Source: a bacterium (lineage in GTDB: Bacteria; Patescibacteriota; Minisyncoccia; Phycocordibacterales; UBA1550). Taken from it: a stretch of DNA of 64,000 bases. How positions within the stretch are numbered: position 1 is the stretch's first letter; each line of letters opens with the position of its first letter. The position numbers were made by a program, and so were the translations under genes. Where the stretch lies: contig JAUSES010000060.1 of the NCBI GenBank assembly GCA_030649835.1, positions 6,411 to 70,410 of the forward strand. Direction: 5' to 3'. Shown here piece by piece: positions 19,705-29,070 of the stretch. The notes under the pieces are model-generated. The model was not told the DNA's origin. It did not search any database and saw nothing but the letters and a program-made list of their open reading frames with translations.

Positions 19705-19731
19705 ACCCTTTTAATGTAGTAAACAATGAGT

Positions 19732-19909
19732 GGAGCATAAAAGTAAGACCGTCCCCCTCGTGGACGGTTTTTACTTTTGTCATGCTTCCGCGCGTGTAGG
19801 GATCGAAGGGATTTTCGGTTTACGCTCGTAGCAACGAGTGCCGAAAATCCCCGTTTTCAATTTCAGTGAGTGGCGACGAACTGAAATTGAAAAAGATACC
19901 CCTACCCGC
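19732..19909. repeat. tRNA-Asn 3'-end-derived structured module 2
   Basis: GGAGCA, hairpin, TGCTTCCGCGCGTGTAGGGATCGAA, two long hairpins, GATACCCCTACCCGC. Confidence 0.75.
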
Positions 19910-19934
19910 AAAACCTACAATATTTTCCAAAGAA

Positions 19935-19962
19935 AAAAGGTTGCCACGAGTGGCAACCTTTT
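19935..19962. terminator. Bidirectional intrinsic terminator
   Basis: AAAAGGTTGCCAC-GA-GTGGCAACCTTTT. Confidence 0.7.
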
Positions 19963-19982
19963 AAATTAATTCAAATACCTAT

Positions 19983-20798
19983 TTACTTAATTGCCTCCAA
20001 ACAAAATGTTCCTTGTGGAGTACAGCGTTTTGGACCATCGAAGAATTTGAAGGCTACGTCAGGCACAGGATATTTGGTCTCTGTTTCATGAACGATATTG
20101 CCATCAAACATCCTGCCACACACCTCATGCGCTTTTTCGAGCGATCCTTGAATATCTTTGCAGGCATCATATTCAACTTTAAGCGCCGCTAATTTATCGC
20201 TAAAGTCTTTTATCCGCGCCACGAGCCTATTATATTTTTCGAAGTATTTGAGCCCCGCTTGATGTATTGCGTTTGCTTCACGATCGCTTTTTTCACCAAT
20301 CTGATTGAGGGTGTCAATGTTTTTAATCAACCGATCTCGGTTTGTATCGATTTCTCCCTTCCACGAATTTACCTTTTCGACAAGCGGATCTAAACGAGCT
20401 TTCTCGATCTGGCACCAATTGTATCTATTCTGATCAACAGTGCCATGGCAAACTCCATTATAAGAATCCGCTTGACCGTTTACGTTTTTTGCAAAGTCAT
20501 TTTGACTTATAATATTATCCTCATGCTTTGTATTCTCCTGCTCAAATGTAGCCCACGCATTGAAAAGAAGGTCTGCTGTCGCAAGCTGGTGTGCTTGTTT
20601 TCCTTCTAAAACTACGCCTTCTTTGTTTGCGATTTTTAAATCCCGAACAGTGCTACGAATAGAGCCAATATATAAGCTGGCTTTTGCATCCCGCGCGTGG
20701 CCTGTGTTTTCATCTGCTGGCACACCACTTGCCCCGCCCTCTGCGTGCGCAAATGCCGTCAGTGCCATCATTAAAACCAAAGTGATATACGTTTTCAT
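19983..20798 (-). CDS. Secreted coiled-coil protein with Cys pairs
   Basis: Signal peptide MKTYITLVLMMALTAFAHA; AAGGAG 6 nt upstream of the ATG. Confidence 0.75.
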   Translation of the reverse strand: MKTYITLVLMMALTAFAHAEGGASGVPADENTGHARDAKASLYIGSIRSTVRDLKIANKEGVVLEGKQAHQLATADLLFNAWATFEQENTKHEDNIISQNDFAKNVNGQADSYNGVCHGTVDQNRYNWCQIEKARLDPLVEKVNSWKGEIDTNRDRLIKNIDTLNQIGEKSDREANAIHQAGLKYFEKYNRLVARIKDFSDKLAALKVEYDACKDIQGSLEKAHEVCGRMFDGNIVHETETKYPVPDVAFKFFDGPKRCTPQGTFCLEAIK

Positions 20799-20889
20799 TT
20801 TGAACTCCTTATGTTGAATATCTATTAAACCTACAGGCGAAATCATTTTACTCTGCAGGTATTCCTGACCTCAAAAAAATGATGCAAGT

Positions 20890-21243
20890 TTAATCAATCC
20901 ATATACGCCGTTCATCCAAAAAACATAAATCACTACGCGAAACCAACCTTCTTGCCTCTTCGCAATCAAGCCTTGAGGAAAAAGGGCCGCGAGTAGTGCC
21001 CACCTTGTAATAATAGGAAATAAAGTACCAATCTTCCCTTACTGGTTGAGCTGGTCTCACTTCTTTAAATATTAGTGGTACTGGCTTTTGTGTTTCCACT
21101 ACTACTGGCGCTTTTTCTATACCACATAGGGTGCAGGTGAGATCTGGCTTTAAGGTAAGTGGCAGTGGTGCCTCTGCAAAAGCGCCCGAAGTAATCAGCA
21201 AAGCGAAAAGCGAAACCAGCAACATAGCGCGTATTTTTCTCAT
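20890..21243 (-). CDS. Secreted hypothetical protein
   Basis: Signal peptide ending GAFA; AAGGAG 6 nt upstream; C-terminal GPFSSRLDC...C. Confidence 0.7.
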   Translation of the reverse strand: MRKIRAMLLVSLFALLITSGAFAEAPLPLTLKPDLTCTLCGIEKAPVVVETQKPVPLIFKEVRPAQPVREDWYFISYYYKVGTTRGPFSSRLDCEEARRLVSRSDLCFLDERRIWID

Positions 21244-21443
21244 TTCAATCTCCTTGGTTTGTAAATGTTAAGGTGCTCTGCAGGCAAAACTATTTTGCAC
21301 TGTCTGTCTGATACCATATAGATAATTATGTAGACTGTCAAGCGTACGTCCAGCTAGTGACTAGAATATGTAGAATAAACAGTTCCAAAAACCAAAAGTA
21401 AGGTAGTTGTATTCTTATGTTTATGGTAAAATGAATATATGAA

Positions 21444-21621
21444 TCCCGTTAGAGGTCCCCGCCCACTTTCGCCAGAACACAGCAAAAAGTTGTGCTCAAG
21501 TGATGGCGGGTGGGACTCAGTTTTTTAACCTGAGCCTACGGGAGTCTATATAAAAAGTTTATTTATTTACTAGATAATAATCAGCTACGGAAACGCCTAG
21601 CGTTTCCTACCTCTAACGGGA
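21444..21621. mobile_element. MITE-like element (TCCCGTTAGAGGT family) inserted at a peptidase start codon
   Basis: Same 13-bp TIRs; TGAA duplicated at 21440-21443 and 21622-21625; the terminal A supplies the A of ATG. Confidence 0.85.
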
Positions 21622-22517
21622 TGAAAAAAATAATTATTGCATTGGTTGTTATTGTTCTTATCGGCCTCGGTGTTTGGTTTTTTATGAATAAGAGTGCGGA
21701 GGCTCCGACTCCGGTAGTGACTGCTCCGACAACGACCACGACTGCTACAGTGGTGACAGAGGAGCCTGTTGACACCACAAGGACAGTTCTTGGAACGTCT
21801 GTTGAAAATCGCGACATCACCGCGTACCACTACGGCACCGGCGCAAAAGAAGTTTTGTTTGTTGGAGGAATTCACGGCGGTTACGAATGGAACACTGCGC
21901 TCGTGGCATATGAGCTCATGGACTACCTCACGGCAAATCCTAAGGTTATTCCAAGCAACGTAAGAGTGACTGTCATCCCCGTGCTCAACCCAGACGGTTT
22001 GAAAAAAGTTACAGGAAAAGAAGGGCGTTTTACAAAAGCTGATATCGCTACATCAGAGTCTGTCGTTGTATCTGGTCGCTTTAATGCAAGCGGTGTTGAC
22101 CTCAACCGCAACTTTGATTGTGATTGGCAGACAAAGGCAGTGTGGATGAACAAACCCGTAAGTGGCGGAAGCAAAGTATTTTCAGAACCTGAAAGTATGG
22201 CAATTAAAAACTACATAGAAACTCACAGCCCCGTAGCTACTGTCGTATGGTACAGCTCTGCAGGCGGTGTATTCTCTTCAAACTGTCACAACGGAATCCT
22301 TCCTGAAACAAAAACTCTTACAAATCTTTTTGCAAAAGCATCTGGGTACAAAGCCTACGAGACGTTTGATTTCTATGAGACTACCGGCGACATGGTAAAC
22401 TGGCTTGCAAAAAAGAACGTTCCTGCAATCAGCATTCTTCTCACCACCCACGACGATACGGAGTGGAGCAAAAACCTCGCAGGGATTAAAGCGACACTAA
22501 ACCACTACGCAAAGTAA
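21621..22517 (+). CDS. Membrane-anchored M14 carboxypeptidase-like protein, degenerate active site
   Basis: GGIHGGYE, NPDG, RFNA.GVDLNRNF; WYSS and SILL where the paralog has WHS and TVEL. Confidence 0.85.
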   Translation: MKKIIIALVVIVLIGLGVWFFMNKSAEAPTPVVTAPTTTTTATVVTEEPVDTTRTVLGTSVENRDITAYHYGTGAKEVLFVGGIHGGYEWNTALVAYELMDYLTANPKVIPSNVRVTVIPVLNPDGLKKVTGKEGRFTKADIATSESVVVSGRFNASGVDLNRNFDCDWQTKAVWMNKPVSGGSKVFSEPESMAIKNYIETHSPVATVVWYSSAGGVFSSNCHNGILPETKTLTNLFAKASGYKAYETFDFYETTGDMVNWLAKKNVPAISILLTTHDDTEWSKNLAGIKATLNHYAK

Positions 22518-23408
22518 ATGAAGTTTCTTGTTTCTAAACAAGCGCTCATAATCATCAGTATTCTTGTTCTTGTTGGACTTGGGTTTTTGTTATCACTATC
22601 TCTAAAAGGCAAACCCAGCGTTCCACAACCTTTGGAAGTGTCTCCTACCCCAACTCCCCTTGTCCTTCATAAAATAATTGGAAAATCCGTACAGGGGCGC
22701 ACGATAAATGCGTACGTCTACGGAAATGGAGCTACACACCTCTTGTTTGTAGGTGGCATTCACGGCGGATACGAGTGGAACAGCGTACTTTTGGCCTATG
22801 AGGCGATGGACTATCTGAAAAAAAATCCTGACGCTGTGCCAAAAAAAATCACTGTGGCAATAATCCCCTCTGCAAATCCTGATGGACTTTTTAAGGTTGT
22901 TCAAAAAGAGGGACGCTTCTCTGTCGCGGATATTCCGACTACAAAACTGATTGAAGGTACGGGGCGTTTCAATGCGCACAATGTTGACCTCAATCGTAAT
23001 TTTGATTGCAACTGGAAACCAAAAAGCACATGGAAAAATAACGTGGTCAGTGCAGGTACAAGTGCTTTTTCTGAACCTGAAGCGCAAGCCATTAGAGATT
23101 TTGTTTTTGACTTCTCTCCCGATGCAGTGGTCTTTTGGCACAGCAAAGCAAATGCCGTATATGCGTCAGAGTGTAACAACGGTGTCCTCCCAAAAACACT
23201 AGACATCATGAATACATACGCAGGTGCATCAGGATACACTCCAATAAAGTCATTTGATGCGTACAAAGTCTCTGGTGACGCTGAAGGATGGCTTGCTTCA
23301 ATAAATATTTCTGCTATAACCGTTGAGCTAAGTACTCACGAGACGGTTGAATTGGCGCAAAACATACGCGGGATGCGAGCTCTAATTGAAAGTTATACTC
23401 ACCAATAA
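22518..23408 (+). CDS. Membrane-anchored M14 zinc carboxypeptidase (MpaA-like)
   Basis: GGIHGGYE, NPDG, DLNRNF, FWHS, ITVEL. Confidence 0.9.
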   Translation: MKFLVSKQALIIISILVLVGLGFLLSLSLKGKPSVPQPLEVSPTPTPLVLHKIIGKSVQGRTINAYVYGNGATHLLFVGGIHGGYEWNSVLLAYEAMDYLKKNPDAVPKKITVAIIPSANPDGLFKVVQKEGRFSVADIPTTKLIEGTGRFNAHNVDLNRNFDCNWKPKSTWKNNVVSAGTSAFSEPEAQAIRDFVFDFSPDAVVFWHSKANAVYASECNNGVLPKTLDIMNTYAGASGYTPIKSFDAYKVSGDAEGWLASINISAITVELSTHETVELAQNIRGMRALIESYTHQ

Positions 23409-23476
23409 TCGACCGAGATTAAAACCACATGGATACATTCTCGATGCCCTCCCTTAGAGCTACTATTACATTTGCA

Positions 23477-23520
23477 GCAATCAACACCCTCTGTTACACA
23501 ATCCAGGGGGTGTTGATTGC
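23477..23520. terminator. Hairpin downstream of the peptidase pair
   Basis: GCAATCAACACCC...GGGTGTTGATTGC. Confidence 0.5.
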
Positions 23521-24153
23521 CTTCATTACTCGTATTATTGGTTCTTTTTTCCTCTTTCGAGAAGTAACACATATCCACACACTAAACACCATTGGTCACA
23601 GTGATCTGCTCCCTACTTACAAAAATATACACATAAAAGCTTCGCGTGATTACTCAGACTCATCTTCGTCTGTGGACACTTCAGACTTGCCACCTGAGGG
23701 ACTCGCGTTTCCATTATTGTCTTTAGTGGTTGGATGATCATGACTCTGTTGTTTACCATTCTTTTCGTTGGCATGATCGTTATTGTTGTCGCTCCTTGCA
23801 TCTATTGCCTTTTTATTATCATGTGTATGTATCATAATTTTTTCAAATTAAACGAATAAAAAAGTACGACCTTTCAACAATACTGCCGACAATGTATCGA
23901 AATTATTACACATCTATATCAGATTCTGGAGAACAACCATCACCTCAAGCAGGTGGTTTTGTGTTAACAATTCAAAAATAATGATTGCACTATTTGACTC
24001 TTACCACAAACGATGAGTTACGAATTTTTTTAATGACAGTAAAACGGTAAATTCAGAAAAAACCGTACCAACACCTTGTAACGATTTCCAATTAGCGACG
24101 GCTTCCTTGGTACTGGTCGAATGAAAAAATAACTAAATGAATAATTTAAAAAT

Positions 24154-24396
24154 ATGTCAACAATTATAAACACACCACAGCGCACTGATGATTCGAGTTC
24201 CAGCCTAGGGCTGCTCATTGGTATAATTTTTGCAATTGCAATCATTAGCCTATTTTTCTTTTATGCTGTTCCTGCGATAAGAAATAACACGATACCCGCT
24301 AGCCAACAACCATCGCAAAGTAGCACACTAGACGTTAATGTAAAACTCCCCGCATCAAGCGAAGGAAAAACAACACAGACAAGTCAGCCTCAATAG
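24154..24396 (+). CDS. Small single-TM protein
   Basis: STIINTP...TM helix...LDVNVKLP. Confidence 0.7.
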   Translation: MSTIINTPQRTDDSSSSLGLLIGIIFAIAIISLFFFYAVPAIRNNTIPASQQPSQSSTLDVNVKLPASSEGKTTQTSQPQ

Positions 24397-24472
24397 GCAC
24401 AGAAGTTTTTAAAGAACTTTAATGCTTTAAATTACTTCGTCCGAGACACCACTCTGATTGCCTGCGTCTCTT

Positions 24473-24535
24473 ATAAAACTGGGGGTATGCAGTGTGAAAG
24501 ATAATATCTTTCACACTGCATACCCCCAGTTTTAT
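24473..24535. repeat. 63-bp palindrome (31-bp arms, 1-nt centre) between convergent genes
   Basis: ATAAAACTGGGGGTATGCAGTGTGAAAGATA-A-reverse complement. Confidence 0.95.
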
Positions 24536-24610
24536 TAGCCGTCAAACCATACCATGATGGAGCGACACCTTTTGTTGCAGAAAAATTAGATTAATTTTTG
24601 CCTTTTAGAT

Positions 24611-25363
24611 CTAGAAGTCGTAGCGATTTAAAAGCATATTCACGCGGATATTTATTAGCTCCATAAAGGAATGGGCGTATGAAAATGTCGTAACCTTTGA
24701 GCCTGCTGGATTTATCCATGTTACAGCAATTTCCTTGATACGATAATTTAACATGCGCGCAAGAAAAAGGAGTTCCATATCAAAACCGAACCGATTCACT
24801 CGTTGCAACGAGAACAGTTTTTGAGCTGCTTTTGCAGAAAATAATTTAAATCCCCGTTGCGTATCATGTATATCTATATTTATAATCATCGATCTAACAA
24901 ATTTTGTTATTTTTCTCAGAAACTTCCTGTGCAACCCGCTATTATCAATCACTCTATCGGTGACGGGGAGCATAATTGATCCGATAACGATGTCATATCC
25001 GGATTCTGCATACAATAAAAATTTTGAGACATGATCAATAGTCACCGAGTTATCAGCATCCATAAAAAGTCGATACTCCCCGATCGCGGACGTCATCCCT
25101 ACCTTTACAGCGTACCCTTTTCCGCGATTTTCAGGATAACTAATAATCCTAATATTTGGGAATTGTTCTACATATTTTCTAACCACGTGAATAAGGGAGT
25201 CCGTAGAACCGTCATCAACAACAATAATCTCACTTGTGTATAATTGCTGTTTTAAAAATACCGTAACATTGTAAAGCGTCACGCCAATTCGCCTCGACTC
25301 ATTGTATGCAGGAATAACGACAGATAAATACACTCCGTGTTTCTGAGTCGTAAATTTTTTCAT
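24611..25363 (-). CDS. GT2 polyprenyl-phosphate glycosyltransferase (DPG-synthase-like)
   Basis: SVVIPAYNE, VDDGSTD, NRGKGYAV, FMDAD, DTQRGFKLF, FGFDME. Confidence 0.92.
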   Translation of the reverse strand: MKKFTTQKHGVYLSVVIPAYNESRRIGVTLYNVTVFLKQQLYTSEIIVVDDGSTDSLIHVVRKYVEQFPNIRIISYPENRGKGYAVKVGMTSAIGEYRLFMDADNSVTIDHVSKFLLYAESGYDIVIGSIMLPVTDRVIDNSGLHRKFLRKITKFVRSMIINIDIHDTQRGFKLFSAKAAQKLFSLQRVNRFGFDMELLFLARMLNYRIKEIAVTWINPAGSKVTTFSYAHSFMELINIRVNMLLNRYDF

Positions 25364-25377
25364 AGTAGAATGTGAAA

Positions 25378-25863
25378 TTAAGCAGTGCTCGCGGTAGGAT
25401 TTTCCTCTATCTTAAATACAAGATACTTGTAGGCAACGTAGTTCCACCAAAGGCAGACCGCAGTTCCCAAGAGTGCACCTAGGTTTCCCGCAACCAACAG
25501 TGAAATGTCTGGATAGGTGCTTACCAGCCATGCAAAAACCACTGTGGACACCAAGACATTTACACCCAAACTGACGAGGCATGAAAAAATAAAATTTACT
25601 TTTTCACTAATTACCTTCTTTCCACTACTCAGCGACTTAAAAACATAATATTTATTGAGAAAGTAGCTATTTGTTGAAGCAGCACTAAAGGCAATAATTT
25701 TGTATGCCATGTACACGAGTGATGATGGTGCAGGCGCGATAAACAGTAAAATACTAATAATCGAAAAATCCACGGCTGTGTTACTACAACCTGTAATCAA
25801 GAATTTTCCAACTTGCCCGATTTTCCTTTCGCTCAATATTGTAGGTTGATAATTGGAATTCAT
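25378..25863 (-). CDS. GtrA-family flippase
   Basis: KFLITG..NT.VDF, NSYFLNKYYVF, WNY..YK..VF; four TM helices. Confidence 0.9.
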   Translation of the reverse strand: MNSNYQPTILSERKIGQVGKFLITGCSNTAVDFSIISILLFIAPAPSSLVYMAYKIIAFSAASTNSYFLNKYYVFKSLSSGKKVISEKVNFIFSCLVSLGVNVLVSTVVFAWLVSTYPDISLLVAGNLGALLGTAVCLWWNYVAYKYLVFKIEENPTASTA

Positions 25864-26055
25864 AAAATTGAAATAAAATAAAAAAATTTTAAAGCACGGT
25901 CGGCGTTATACAATTCCTATGTTCAATCATTCTGAGCTGTTACCCAATGTGTAATGTTACTGCCGACCTCGCGTCTTAGATATTACAGAAAAAATATTAC
26001 AAGCTCCCCTTTCCTTTATTAATAAAAATAACTACATACTAATTTACGATTTATC

Positions 26056-27504
26056 ATGGGGACATCTATCCTTGCTTTCAATATCGCGCAGGCATCAGAA
26101 CACAACATATATGACAGCATTGCGATGAACCATCCGTTTGATGCGGTTTTCAGCATGCTTGGGGAAACGAGTCTTTTGATAGGCATCATTCTCCTTGTTC
26201 CGCTCCTCTATCGAAAATCCCGTGCTCTCTACAATAAAACCAGTGATGAGAAAATTGCCCAACAAGATAGAATAGGTGAGTCACATTTTCGCATCATTGC
26301 ATTTTTTCTCATTTGTATTGGTGTGCTATTTATTCTTCTTTCTACATATCTACGAAGTAGTGCCTCACGAATTCCACTCACTTTTTCAACACGGGCAATG
26401 TCAGAGGCGCTTTGGGAAACATACAAGAAAACATACATTGATCACGAGACACAACGAACTTTCGATCCAAGTCGTGAAAATATTACAACTTCAGAGGCAC
26501 AGAGCTACACGATGTTCAGAGCAGTATTGCTTGACGACAAAGAAACCTTTGATAAAAGCTGGAAGTGGACAAAAGAAAACCTGTCTCGCAAGGACGATGC
26601 ACTATTTGCTTGGAAATTTGAAGAGGGTGCAGACGGCACATACGGAATACAAGAGCATGAGGGCGGGCAAAATACTGCCTCAGATGCTGATACTGATATT
26701 GCGCTATCGCTTATCTTTGCATACGCACGGTGGCATGAACCACACTACATTAAAAGCGCAGAAGCAATAGTACGTGCAATATGGGAGCACGAGGTAGTAA
26801 CGGTAAGCGGTAAGCCATACCTTACTGCAAACAACATAGAGAAGGATTCTGGAAAAAATTTTGTAATCCTGAATCCATCATATTTTGCACCCTATGCATA
26901 TCGTACCTTTTCAAAAATAGATCCGGACCATCCATGGCTTGATCTCGTAGACAGCTCCTATGCGGTGATAGAGCAGTCTCTGCTATCGACACTAAACAAA
27001 CAAGCGAGCGTCGAGTTGATCCCAGACTGGATAATACTTGACACGATTACTGGAAAAATATCAGCAACAAATTCAGATCATCTTACTACGGACTATAGTT
27101 ATGACGCGATGCGCTTACCATGGAGGCTCGCCGTTGACTGGAAATGGAACCGAGAAGAGCGCGCTCAAAACATTTTATCTAAAAACGCATTTCTACTAGA
27201 CCGTTGGCAAAGCGACAAAAAATTATACAGTGCGTATGGACATGACGGTACTTTAAATTACAAATACGAGGCTCCTGCGATCTACGGAGGTACACTAGGA
27301 TACTTTGTTGTAACAAATGAGGAGGTCGCAGAGGCTATGTATAGAGAGAAGCTACTTATTCTGTTTGACCCAGACAACAATACATGGCGCGAACCACTAA
27401 GCTACTATGATGATAATTGGGTTTGGCTTGGTATGGCTCTCTATAATGATCATGTCCCAAACCTCGCTGAGAGACTCTCTTATGTAACTATCGATGTTAA
27501 TTAA
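26056..27504 (+). CDS. Membrane-anchored glycoside hydrolase family 8
   Basis: TTSEAQSY, ASDADTDIA, NPSYFAP, YSYDAMR.PWR, SYYD. Confidence 0.9.
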   Translation: MGTSILAFNIAQASEHNIYDSIAMNHPFDAVFSMLGETSLLIGIILLVPLLYRKSRALYNKTSDEKIAQQDRIGESHFRIIAFFLICIGVLFILLSTYLRSSASRIPLTFSTRAMSEALWETYKKTYIDHETQRTFDPSRENITTSEAQSYTMFRAVLLDDKETFDKSWKWTKENLSRKDDALFAWKFEEGADGTYGIQEHEGGQNTASDADTDIALSLIFAYARWHEPHYIKSAEAIVRAIWEHEVVTVSGKPYLTANNIEKDSGKNFVILNPSYFAPYAYRTFSKIDPDHPWLDLVDSSYAVIEQSLLSTLNKQASVELIPDWIILDTITGKISATNSDHLTTDYSYDAMRLPWRLAVDWKWNREERAQNILSKNAFLLDRWQSDKKLYSAYGHDGTLNYKYEAPAIYGGTLGYFVVTNEEVAEAMYREKLLILFDPDNNTWREPLSYYDDNWVWLGMALYNDHVPNLAERLSYVTIDVN

Positions 27505-27509
27505 CAATC

Positions 27510-29070
27510 ATGACAAAACTACAACCTCAGGCATTGTTTAAAGACACACAAGTGTCACGTCACATTTTACTCATTGGGATAGTGTTTGCATTCTTCTATC
27601 TCTACGTTATCGCATTCTGGTTTCAGTCTGGAAATCTGTATTTATTCACTGCGCTACTGGTTGGTCAAATATTCTCAGTGTGGCAAGTAACAACCTACAT
27701 CTTTACTGTTTGGAACACAGAGAAGACCTTTCCTAAGAACATGTCCTCCTTACCACGCGTAGATGTCTATATCACTGTGGCGGGTGAGCCCATAGAAATA
27801 GTTGAAGAAACTGTTCGTGCCGCTCTTGCAATGAACTATCCGAAATTTTCTGTGTATCTTCTTAATGATGGTTTCGTTGCAAAAAAGGAGAATTGGCGAG
27901 AAGCAAGAAATCTCTGCCGTGCGCTCGGTATCCCCTGCATAACAAGAAGGATACCACATGGTGCTAAAGCAGGAAATATAAACAATGCCCTTACACAAAC
28001 ATATGGTGAAGTAATTTGCGTATTTGATGCCGACCATGCACCCTATAAAAATTTTTTGTTGGAAACTATTCCTTTTCTTTCTGATCCAAAGGTTGCCTTT
28101 GTGCAAACGCCACAATACTATAAAAACAAATCGAAAAATGCGGTTACGCAGGGTGCGTGGGAACAGCAAGAACTATTCTTTGGTCCTATTTGTAAAGGGA
28201 AAAATAATTATAATGCTGCGACAATGTGCGGTACAAATATGGTAATTCGGAGGAGTGCCCTCCTTGAAGTAGGAGGCATGTGTGAAGAAAGTGTCGCCGA
28301 AGATTTTGTAACTGGTCTCCTCATGCACTCAAAAGGATGGAAATCAATTTATCTGCCTATTGTACTTGCGGAAGGACTTGCGCCGGAAGACTTTAATTCC
28401 TATTTTAAACAGCAACTCAGATGGGCGCGTGGGGCTCTTGATATTATCTTCCATTACAAAATCCTAACTAGGGTGGGTTACGTTGGCGCAACGTATTCAA
28501 TATCTATCATCAGCATCACATTTTATTTCGGGAATTGTAATAATCATGAATGCTCTTTTTCCAATTGTTTTTCTTCTTACAGGCGCGCAACCTTTTAAGA
28601 TCACGACAATGGAGCTTGCAGCGGTCTTTCTCCCGTACATCTTCGTCGTCCTCTACATCCTTCGCGCTTCAAGCGGAAACACCCTTACTTTCAAGGCACT
28701 TGCGTTTTCCATGAGCGGATTCAATATACACCTGCAAGCACTTATTGAAGTCCTGAGTGGAAAAAAGGCGACGTTCACCATAACTTCAAAACGTGCACTT
28801 TCGGGAAATTTTATGCACCTCGTCTCACCCCATATTTTCTATGCCTTCTTGTTTCTTGCTGCACTCGCCATTGCATTAGCTCGCGAAGGATTGTCTCCGG
28901 CAGTTGCAAACAATATGGCGTGGGCACTCATTAACTGTGCTGTATTTACCCCGTTCATAATAGCAGCACTGCCCAAAAAACAGATATCAGAGAAGCAAGT
29001 GGGGGCTACCATTCGTCACGAAAGTGGCCACAAAACACAAATTACAAACTTATCAATTACACAATCGTGA
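27510..29070 (+). pseudogene. Cellulose-synthase-like GT2, frameshifted near 28480
   Basis: AKAGNIN, FDADH, VQTPQ, CGTN, AED, QQLRWARG; the TM part (LAQRIQYL...F.IT.K) continues in another frame (28483-29070). Confidence 0.8.

Noticed and set aside
23429-23835. Several short overlapping ORFs
   Set aside because: Conflicting frames and no motifs; 23650-23835 (-) could be real but cannot be supported.
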